Source: a candidate division WOR-3 bacterium
GTDB taxonomy: Bacteria > Hydrothermota > Tepidihabitantia > B3-TA06
Length of the DNA: 64,000 nt
Assembly: GCA_965649265.1 (NCBI GenBank)
Contig: CBFGKC010000001.1
Location: 45,119-109,118 of the forward strand
Direction: 5' to 3'
Position 1 is the stretch's first letter. The number at the start of each line of letters is the position of its first letter. The notes beneath the pieces are model-generated. The model did no database searches and was not told where the DNA came from. It was given only the letters and a program-made list of their open reading frames with translations. Of this stretch, positions 56,493 to 64,000 are shown in pieces. A program made the translations under genes and the position numbers.

Positions 56493-58706
56493 TTAACGGT
56501 ACTTGACCATCTTGAGTGTTGAAGACGCGTCGGGTGTGTCCATGCGAATAAAGTAACAGCCCGCGGCGACGTTTCTTCCCTTGTCATCGCAATTATGCCA
56601 ATCGAGGTTATACTTGCCTGCGGGTTTTTGCCCGGAAACAAGAGTTGTAACTTTTTCACCGGTTACATTGTAGACGGCAATGCTAACGTAGGTTGTCTTG
56701 CTCAGCTGATAACGCAGGGTAGGAATACCGTCCGGGTTTTGATTCACGAGGTATATGATGTTATCCTCATCAACCGCAGCTGTCTTCAGCAAGGTGGGGC
56801 GAAGTTTTCCGATGAAGGTTATCGGGGCTGCCATGTGTGTGTTGAGAGCGGGTGCCCAGTTGTGGGTGGAGACTGTCGTGTGCGAATCGAGGTTCTCAAG
56901 GAGCTTGTATGAGTATGTGTAGGCTATAGGGTAGCTGGCGCTGGTCGTGTCGACGTAGACGTAAGGATGAGCGTTATTCACACTGTCAATTTTGTAACCT
57001 ACAGTATCAGAGGGAGGGTTTTTTATTCTGCCCCAGATCCAGAGATCGTTCTCGTAGGCATTAAGAGTTATGGTGTTGTAATGAGCTTCTTCTTTATACC
57101 TTTCACAATTATATGTACCTGCGGGCCAGTAATCGTTCGGCGGTTCCGTAAAGGTTACCACATGCTCTCCCTGGTAATAGCCCACTCCTGCGCTGCCATC
57201 GAGACGAGTAAAGACGTACGGGGTATCCAAGTGACGAAGAGCCCACCAGGCGTCTATGCAGCCGTAGCCGGTTTCGACGTCGGGACCGGAGCCGTAGATG
57301 CAATCGTTATGCCGTGCGGAAAGCTCCATTATTCTTTTGACATCCACGTCTATCAGATCCCACCCTTTAACCATGGTTTTTTGATATATCAGGGCGGCTA
57401 CACCAGCAGCGTACGCGGTGGAGGGGGAGGTACCTGAGCCGTATGTGTAAAAGCCGTTCGCTTCATTCGTTGTAGACCAGATGGAATCGCCCGGCGCGAC
57501 GAAAGAAAGCTGTGGACCGTAGCATGAGAAATCGGCGCGAATGCCCACGGAATCGATTGCGCCGACTGCAGAGCAGATATCGTAATCGGCCCAGTATGCC
57601 GGGTATTCTACCGAGTTGGGCTGGGGAGTGGATGCGTTTCCGGAAGAAAAAAAGACGGACTGGTCGGAAAGGAAAGAATTCTCGATCGCTTCGTGCAAGG
57701 CGGGGTTGTCGGTGGCGCTCCACGAACATGAGGCAACTTTCGCAACGTTTGACTGGCTGGCAAAATAGTCCAGAGCCTCTATACACCAGGCCTCGATTGG
57801 AGCCGTCACGCCCACGACGCAGATCCCCAGGCTTGGTCCGGGGTCACCGGCGTAGTACCAGCCGCCGGCTACTCCGGCGATGCCGTGAACTCCTCCATGG
57901 CCCGGTCCGCTGTTTGTGCTGGCGGCCGCAACGCCTGTCATGAATGTCCCGTGACCGTTTCTGTCAACAACGTCACCGTAGGGGTTAGATTGCGAATACC
58001 ACTCGTCTACTACCCTGTTCTGAAACTCGTCACCTGGTTGATCGCGATGCAGCGGCTCGAGACCGGAATCGAGAATATAAAGCAAACCGTTATTGGCATC
58101 TTCTTGATCTGCTATGTCCCAGGCGTGGAATGCATCGATGTCCCAGCGGTAACTTTGATTATATAGTCCCCATTGCAACTCATAATCAGGATCATCCGGT
58201 TCGTAAATGTCAAAACTGCCTATGGCGTTCGGTCTTGCGTAAATGACTCCAGGAATTTGTTCAAGCTCCCCGGCAAGGGCGGGCATATCGCCCAGTGGGC
58301 CCATTCGCAAGAGGTACAGATCGGAAAGATCGTTGAGGGGGATAGTTTTGCCTGACTTGTCCGTGTATGTAGGATTACGCTTGCCGGCTAACCACTTGCA
58401 CAGCCTTTCGATGCTGAGAACGTTGTGGGAGGTAAAAAAATCTGCGACCTGAGCGTTATTGATGATAACCTGGTTTATGGGTGTTTCGGAATTAGAGGAA
58501 ACGGTCATGACACCGTGATCGAATTTGACAATTAACTCTCCCGGCACAAAGGCGAAGGATTTGGCTTCGCCTGCATAAGCAGGCAAACCGGCCAAGGCCA
58601 GGCTGGGGTTAGTATTGAATTGGACGGCTTCCGCAGAAACAGAAAGCACCAACCAAGCGACAGGTAGAGCCCTCAAGAAACACCTGAATAAACACCTGGT
58701 TTTCAT
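56493..58706 (-). CDS. Secreted S8 subtilase with FlgD-Ig/T9SS-type C-terminal domain
   Basis: Catalytic ILDSG, GHGT and GTSPS; oxyanion SSGN; C-terminal VYNVTGEKV...G+Y..W...GRNVAAGCYF. Confidence 0.88.
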   Translation of the reverse strand: MKTRCLFRCFLRALPVAWLVLSVSAEAVQFNTNPSLALAGLPAYAGEAKSFAFVPGELIVKFDHGVMTVSSNSETPINQVIINNAQVADFFTSHNVLSIERLCKWLAGKRNPTYTDKSGKTIPLNDLSDLYLLRMGPLGDMPALAGELEQIPGVIYARPNAIGSFDIYEPDDPDYELQWGLYNQSYRWDIDAFHAWDIADQEDANNGLLYILDSGLEPLHRDQPGDEFQNRVVDEWYSQSNPYGDVVDRNGHGTFMTGVAAASTNSGPGHGGVHGIAGVAGGWYYAGDPGPSLGICVVGVTAPIEAWCIEALDYFASQSNVAKVASCSWSATDNPALHEAIENSFLSDQSVFFSSGNASTPQPNSVEYPAYWADYDICSAVGAIDSVGIRADFSCYGPQLSFVAPGDSIWSTTNEANGFYTYGSGTSPSTAYAAGVAALIYQKTMVKGWDLIDVDVKRIMELSARHNDCIYGSGPDVETGYGCIDAWWALRHLDTPYVFTRLDGSAGVGYYQGEHVVTFTEPPNDYWPAGTYNCERYKEEAHYNTITLNAYENDLWIWGRIKNPPSDTVGYKIDSVNNAHPYVYVDTTSASYPIAYTYSYKLLENLDSHTTVSTHNWAPALNTHMAAPITFIGKLRPTLLKTAAVDEDNIIYLVNQNPDGIPTLRYQLSKTTYVSIAVYNVTGEKVTTLVSGQKPAGKYNLDWHNCDDKGRNVAAGCYFIRMDTPDASSTLKMVKYR

Positions 58707-58866
58707 TTTACTGCTCCTTTCGCAAAAAAAAGTTCAAAATTAAAAGAATATCAGTTCACCTCCACATGTTAATTTATTACGTCATTATATTTTATCTTAA
58801 TATTTTTGTCAAGTAGGAATTTGCATAAAACGCTTGCTTTTTTTCGACTCATGAATAAAGTTACAC

Positions 58867-59850
58867 ATGCGCTTTATAGACGAAGTAACCATCCGCATCA
58901 TCGCCGGAGACGGCGGCTCAGGCTGCGCCAGCTTCAGGCGCGAGAAGTACGTGCCTCGGGGAGGGCCGGATGGTGGAGACGGCGGAAACGGAGGGTCGGT
59001 TTACTTAAAGGGGAACCTTCACCTCGCGACGCTCGCCGACCTGGAATACCATGTCACATATAAAGCACAAAAGGGTGTAAACGGCAGAAGTAAAAAGATG
59101 TACGGTGCTCGGGGCGAGGATAAAATCATAGAAGTTCCGCTGGGTACAGACGTCTACAAGGAAGAGTCAGGGGAGCTCCTCGGCTCGGTGCTCGGGCACG
59201 GCGAACGTCTTCTAGTCGCGCGCGGAGGAAAGGGAGGACGCGGCAACGTCCACTTCGTATCCTCCACGCACCAGGCGCCGCAAGAGTACGAGGAAGGAGG
59301 GCCGGGCGAGCGCTTCAAGCTCCGTCTCAAACTCCGGCTCCTTGCCGACGTCGGCCTCGTCGGTCTGCCCAATGCCGGAAAATCCACCCTTCTCAAAGCG
59401 CTCACAAACGCTGAACCCAAAATAGCCTCCTATCCCTTCACCACGCTCTCGCCCAATCTCGGCGTGCTGCGCGACGAGTATCTCTCCTTCACGCTCTCCG
59501 ACATCCCCGGGATAATCGAGGGTGCCTCCGAGGGCAAGGGCCTCGGCCTTCGGTTTCTTCGCCACATCGAACGAACAAAAGTCCTCCTTTTTCTCCTTGC
59601 CGCAGACGAGGAACCGGCGGCCTCCTTCCACACGCTTCTTGCAGAGCTTGAGGCGTATAATCCCGATCTCGTCGCGCGGCCTCGCATCGTTGTCGTCAAT
59701 AAGATGGACATCTTGACCAGGAAACCAAGAATCAAGGGCGAAAAGGGAGTCGTCTACATCTCTGCACTTAAGCGTGAAGGCCTGGACGAACTCAAGAAAA
59801 GATTGAGCGATTTGATCGGTAAAAAGAATGAAGAAGCCTTTAGGGAATGA
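58867..59850 (+). CDS. obgE: GTPase ObgE
   Basis: FIDE, FRREKYVPRGGPDGGDGG, GLPNAGKST, YPFTTL, DIPG and NKMD motifs. Confidence 0.97.
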   Translation: MRFIDEVTIRIIAGDGGSGCASFRREKYVPRGGPDGGDGGNGGSVYLKGNLHLATLADLEYHVTYKAQKGVNGRSKKMYGARGEDKIIEVPLGTDVYKEESGELLGSVLGHGERLLVARGGKGGRGNVHFVSSTHQAPQEYEEGGPGERFKLRLKLRLLADVGLVGLPNAGKSTLLKALTNAEPKIASYPFTTLSPNLGVLRDEYLSFTLSDIPGIIEGASEGKGLGLRFLRHIERTKVLLFLLAADEEPAASFHTLLAELEAYNPDLVARPRIVVVNKMDILTRKPRIKGEKGVVYISALKREGLDELKKRLSDLIGKKNEEAFRE

Positions 59851-59934
59851 TTCCGGCCGCATCCCGCTCTTCGTATCCCTGAACGCGGGAAATACTTGTG
59901 CATACGGGTCAGCAGACACCCTAAGCTTGCAAGC

Positions 59935-61026
59935 ATGAAAAATGAGGTTTGCGTCGACCTTCTGTCTATTGAAGGTCTCGGTCAGACACGATTATCGAGA
60001 CTTCTGGAGGCATTCGGTTCCGCGGAAGCCGTGCTCGGAAAATCGAAGGGCGAACTCGCGGACGCAGGTGTGCCCGAAAAGATCGCGGAACGAATCTCCG
60101 GTTACAGGCGCTCGCCGAAAGCTATCGACTGCCTGGCCAAACTGGAAAGAATCGGAGCAAAAATCCTCTCCATCACGGACGAGAACTACCCCGCGCTTCT
60201 CAAATCTTCCCCTAATCCCCCGGCAGTCCTCTTCGTTCGCGGCATCCTGAATCCCGAAGAAAAACTCGTCATCGCGATCGTGGGGACTCGCCACCCGACC
60301 GGATACGGCAGGGCGGCCGCCGAGCGCCTTTCACGCGAGCTTGCGGCCCGGGGCGTCGTCATAGCATCGGGTGCCGCAAGAGGAATAGACACCATCGCAC
60401 ACAAGGGGTGCCTGGTCTCTGGCTCCCGAACTGTCGCCGTACTCGGCTGTGGGATAGACGTCACCTATCCCCCTGAAAACAAGGAACTTTTCGAACAAAT
60501 ATCCTTGCACGGGGCGGTTATATCCGAATTCCTTCCGGGCGTTGCCCCGGAGCCGGGACTTTTCCCGCGCCGCAACCGCATAATCGCCGGAATCTCGCAC
60601 GGTGTCGTCGCGGTCGAGGCAGGCTCCTCGTCCGGCGCGCTCATCACGGCCAAATGGGCCGCGGACGCGGGCCGGGAGGTGTTCGCGGTGCCGGGCGGAA
60701 TTTTTTCCAGCGAGTCGCAAGGCACGAACAAACTTTTAAAGGACGGCGCAAAGCTTGTCGGACGTGTGGAAGACATCCTGGAGGAGTTCGGCGCGGTCTA
60801 CCATCCTCCAACGCACGTATTATCTCAAGATACACCCCAGGGTCCCGAACTCTCCGACGATGAGCGCCGCATCTACCGTCTACTCGGCCCCGAGCCCTTG
60901 CATGTCGATAATCTTGTGGAAAAGCTGGGGACAACCACGCCTCTCCTGCTCCCAACCCTCCTTGATATGGAACTTAAGGGAGTCATCCGCCAGGTATCGG
61001 GCATGCGGTTCATCCGAATAATATAG
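59935..61026 (+). CDS. dprA: DNA-processing protein DprA
   Basis: YPALL, AIVGTR, SGAARGID, FPRRNRII, SGALITA and GTNKLLKDGA motifs; C-terminal wHTH. Confidence 0.95.
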   Translation: MKNEVCVDLLSIEGLGQTRLSRLLEAFGSAEAVLGKSKGELADAGVPEKIAERISGYRRSPKAIDCLAKLERIGAKILSITDENYPALLKSSPNPPAVLFVRGILNPEEKLVIAIVGTRHPTGYGRAAAERLSRELAARGVVIASGAARGIDTIAHKGCLVSGSRTVAVLGCGIDVTYPPENKELFEQISLHGAVISEFLPGVAPEPGLFPRRNRIIAGISHGVVAVEAGSSSGALITAKWAADAGREVFAVPGGIFSSESQGTNKLLKDGAKLVGRVEDILEEFGAVYHPPTHVLSQDTPQGPELSDDERRIYRLLGPEPLHVDNLVEKLGTTTPLLLPTLLDMELKGVIRQVSGMRFIRII

Positions 61027-61237
61027 CACCCCAAAAGCTGGACAAAAGTGGGACAAAAGATGGTCAAAAGATGGACATTTCGGGCAAAATCCGGGTCAAA
61101 GCCGGTTGCTAATAATCAGCAAAAAGGTTTTCTCGGACTCTGTATAGGCCTCTTGCGAGCAAATGGTCTTGGAAATCTGACCCTTGACAAGCAGAAAAAA
61201 CCGCATAATAATATAATTCTTAAATCAGGAGGAGACT

Positions 61238-61873
61238 ATGGCCAAAACAACGGAAACTCTTACAATAATTATAAGTATTGTTTTCGGGGTTGTGGGGGTT
61301 GGCTTCGGCCTCCAGCAATGCGCAGATTCACAGCGACTAAGAAAAGATAATGAGATTCTTCAAAGAAAAGTCGAGGAATTGATTGCAAGGGCGGATTACT
61401 TCGAGGATGGAATGGTGAAATCCTCTTGGCAGGTTAGCAACCTTAATGCCTCGGTAGATTCACTGACCAGATTGGTTTCAATGACATCTATGCATTTGAA
61501 AGAAGACATGGATGAGAAGCTAGGGGAGAAACTCATAAACCAACCAACTGCTTCACCGGCATATATAAGTCCATCATACTCAAAGGCCCAGTCAGATATA
61601 GAGAATCAAAATTCAGAGATAATCGTTTCCTCGACAGGTGGTATTTATTGGGTAATCATAGGTTACTCATCTACGGCAGAAGATGCAGAAAGACAGGCGA
61701 ACCTTGCAAGGAGTAGAGGTTTTAAAAACGCCTGGTACAATGAGCCAATTAGAGGAAACCCTTATTATGGTATCTATGCAGCGGGGAATCTTTCATGGGA
61801 TGCAGCCGTAAAGCTTCGCGATCTAGCTAAAAATACCTTTTATGGAAGCGAGGCCTGGATTTGGCAACCTTAA
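61238..61873 (+). CDS. Membrane-anchored coiled-coil protein with SPOR-like C-terminal domain
   Basis: N-terminal TM, coiled coil, YWVIIGYSS..A...A...RGF and EAWI motifs. Confidence 0.6.
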   Translation: MAKTTETLTIIISIVFGVVGVGFGLQQCADSQRLRKDNEILQRKVEELIARADYFEDGMVKSSWQVSNLNASVDSLTRLVSMTSMHLKEDMDEKLGEKLINQPTASPAYISPSYSKAQSDIENQNSEIIVSSTGGIYWVIIGYSSTAEDAERQANLARSRGFKNAWYNEPIRGNPYYGIYAAGNLSWDAAVKLRDLAKNTFYGSEAWIWQP

Positions 61874-61924
61874 AAAAACACTTACTCGCCTTGACAATGC
61901 GGGAAAAGTATTTATCATCTTATA

Positions 61925-62119
61925 ATGACTAAAAAGAATGGTGAAGTGATAACCATCCCTGTCACGGTGTGGGAGAGTGCCGAGACCAAGGAAGATATTG
62001 AGGATTGGCTCCTTGCTCACAACCCGGAGTTCGTCCGCCGTATGCTTGAAGCGAAGAAGGAAGAGGAAGAAGGGAAGCTGGTAAGCCTGGAAGAAGTCGA
62101 ACAAACTTTAAAAGAATAA
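61925..62119 (+). CDS. Putative antitoxin (small acidic protein)
   Basis: EDIEDWLLAHNPEF...EGKLVSLEEV C-terminus typical of RelE-cognate antitoxins. Confidence 0.55.
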   Translation: MTKKNGEVITIPVTVWESAETKEDIEDWLLAHNPEFVRRMLEAKKEEEEGKLVSLEEVEQTLKE

Positions 62120-62450
62120 ATTTCTCAACCGCCATCCGTCGCGTCTTACCCAAAACTCAAAAATTCCTGTCTGAAAAAGTGACGAACCAGCATTGTGTCG
62201 GATTAGTAAAAAAATGCCGCGCCTCCTTTCTATAGGCTGCGTCAAGATAAAAGTAAAAAAGAGAAGGGAGCACCGCAATCAAAAAGCTGTTGAGCACGTA
62301 TGTGAGTGCAATCGCGGGAGTTACTAACTTGCTATTTCGAGTTTGGGTACCTTGACAAAATTAGATGCTAGTTATAATTAGATTTATGGACGGAAGAGAA
62401 ATGCTCAGTAAAGATTCAGGAACCGAGTCTAGTGGGAAAGAAATATAAGG

Positions 62451-62726
62451 ATGGTTAAAATACATTTTACTCCTCTAGCTTTCAAGGAACTAAAGGGTGT
62501 AGACAGAAAAGTATCATCCAGGTTGATCGAAAAAATCAAATGGCTCGGTGAACATACGGACGAGATAGTCCACCACCAGCTTACCTCCCTTCCCGACGGA
62601 CTAAAAGGCCTTTGCCGACTTCGCGTGGGTGATTGGCGTGCATTCTACAAGATTAATCTCAAAGAAGGAAAAATAATTATCTACGGAATAGCGCATCGAA
62701 GCGTGGCCTATAAAGATCTGCACTGA
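62451..62726 (+). CDS. RelE/ParE family toxin
   Basis: FTPLAFKEL, LKGLCRLRVGDWRAFY and IAHRSVAY motifs. Confidence 0.85.
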   Translation: MVKIHFTPLAFKELKGVDRKVSSRLIEKIKWLGEHTDEIVHHQLTSLPDGLKGLCRLRVGDWRAFYKINLKEGKIIIYGIAHRSVAYKDLH

Positions 62727-62924
62727 ACGGTCGTATCAAAAGATCCACACTTTTCGCTTGACAGCGGCCTATCTTTGGTCATAATTAGGGGTAGAACGTT
62801 GGCCTCATGCGGGGCCACGAGTGAGGTTTCCCGGGAGTTTCGCGGGGTTTCATGTAAAGCCCGCCGCGCTTGTTGAAGACGGGCCAGGAGCAGGCTTAAC
62901 AAAGGAGTCATTTAGGAGGAAGAT

Positions 62925-63215
62925 TTGTTTTCAGGCTCTGTTGAAAAAGCACTTCTCGAATTTTTCTCTTCCACGACGGTTTCGGCCGCCATCGCAGACG
63001 CACTCGCCGAGGCACGTGCGCCCATGACCAGCGGGCAGATACTCACGGCCGTCCGGGAGATTCGCCACATGGAAGAGATACCGCTCAAAGCTATAGAAAG
63101 CTCGCTCATCATCCTCACCGATGCCGAGATCATCACGAATTCCAAGGCCGGCTACGAACTTACCGATCTGGGCAAGGAACTCGTAGAGAAGCTTCGAAAC
63201 TACCGCGGCTCATAA
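62925..63215 (+). CDS. Small winged-helix-like hypothetical protein
   Basis: GGAGG RBS; YELTDLGKEL wing motif. Confidence 0.5.
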   Translation: MFSGSVEKALLEFFSSTTVSAAIADALAEARAPMTSGQILTAVREIRHMEEIPLKAIESSLIILTDAEIITNSKAGYELTDLGKELVEKLRNYRGS

Positions 63216-63401
63216 CCGCCTTCCCCGGACCCATGCCCCCGATTCAGGGGGCGGGCTTCTTCTCCTCTCAACAGCCGCTGTTTTTACGGCACAAGTTTTC
63301 ATTAATAATTAGTTTCGCGAGTTTAGTGTTTGGGGGCTTGACCTTTTCCTGAAATACGGGATAATAGACCTGCTGATGCGACAGGTCATTTAGGAGGTTT
63401 A

Positions 63402-64000
63402 ATGTCTGTAGAGATTCGCGAAGTCAAGAATGCCAGAGATAAAAAGATATTTATCTATTTGCCCGAGATGATGTACGAAAACCGCTACCCCCAGTGGGTT
63501 CACCCGATATATCAAAGCGAGACGGAGTTCTTTGACCCCAAAAAGAACCGGGCATGGGGCTACTCCGACGGCGTGCTTTTCCTCGCTTTTAAGGACGGCA
63601 AGCCGTGCGGCCGCGTGATGGGGATGGTCAATCACAAGGTGAACAAGTTCCGCAAGGAAAACTACGCCCGCTTCGGGTTCTTCGACTCCGTCGACGACCA
63701 GGGCGTGGCATCGGCGCTCCTTGGCGCGGTAGAAGAGTGGGCGCGCTCGAAGGGCACCGAAAAACTCATTGGCCCCCTGGGCTTCACCGATCTGGACCCC
63801 GAGGGCATGCTCATAGAGGGTTACGACGAGCTTGCAACAATCACTACCTGGTGGCATCCGCCGTATGCAAAGAAGCTCATGGAGACCGCCGGCTACCAGA
63901 AGGAGATAGACTGGTTCACCTACAAGGTGGATCTTACCAAGCCCATACCCGAGGTCTACACGAAGATCGCCAAAAGGCTTCGCGAGCGCTCCGACTACAA
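63402..64000 (+). CDS. GNAT-family N-acetyltransferase (YghO-like), partial, runs off the right edge
   Basis: Hand translation: MSVEIREVK...FIYLP...WVHP...CGRV...RFGFFDSVDD...GPLGFTDLDPEGMLIEGY; GGAGG RBS. Confidence 0.8.
   Translation, partial: MSVEIREVKNARDKKIFIYLPEMMYENRYPQWVHPIYQSETEFFDPKKNRAWGYSDGVLFLAFKDGKPCGRVMGMVNHKVNKFRKENYARFGFFDSVDDQGVASALLGAVEEWARSKGTEKLIGPLGFTDLDPEGMLIEGYDELATITTWWHPPYAKKLMETAGYQKEIDWFTYKVDLTKPIPEVYTKIAKRLRERSDY

Noticed and set aside
1-64000. Diversity-generating retroelement, retron or group II intron
   Set aside because: No reverse transcriptase ORF and no adenine-specific template/variable repeat pair were seen.

Overview
Bacterial chromosomal window spanning the replication origin: dnaA-oriC-dnaN at about 44.7-47.4 kb, with two perfect parS sites. 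Four genes carry T9SS-type C-terminal sorting domains and one a FlgD/T9SS-type domain, which suggests an FCB-related lineage such as candidate phylum WOR-3 (inference, not verified). Left to right: (1) 1-10.5 kb, a split phage-derived locus with capsid, decoration and scaffold-like genes on the - strand, a CI-like repressor, and a gam/holin-like/xis-like/Mu-type portal operon on the + strand, interrupted by host-like lipoprotein genes; (2) Fic, TolB-like and glyQS genes; (3) a 13.6-kb integrative element in tRNA-Thr(CGT), with a 39-bp att duplication of the tRNA 5' half, integrase, excisionase, a HUH Rep-like gene, a tandem pair of membrane-linked STAND ATPases and secreted cargo; (4) a GlmL fusion gene, a REP-rich intergenic region, and a DegP gene followed by an unusual sigma-70 factor with an inserted PDZ-like segment and a duplicated sigma-4 domain; (5) thioredoxin-system genes, tRNA-Leu, dnaN, dnaA, hypF, a UbiA-family gene, secreted proteins, obgE, dprA, a RelE-type toxin-antitoxin pair and a GNAT. 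Most notable observations: the PDZ-sigma/DegP pair; a 37-bp GGGGTCCCC-hairpin-GGGGT repeat family (13 copies) inserted in frame in hypF and glmL; the receptor-like STAND pair; and a strong apparent bias to 16-bp promoter spacers with frequent leaderless starts. All protein family calls come from motif recognition by eye; no database searches were run.
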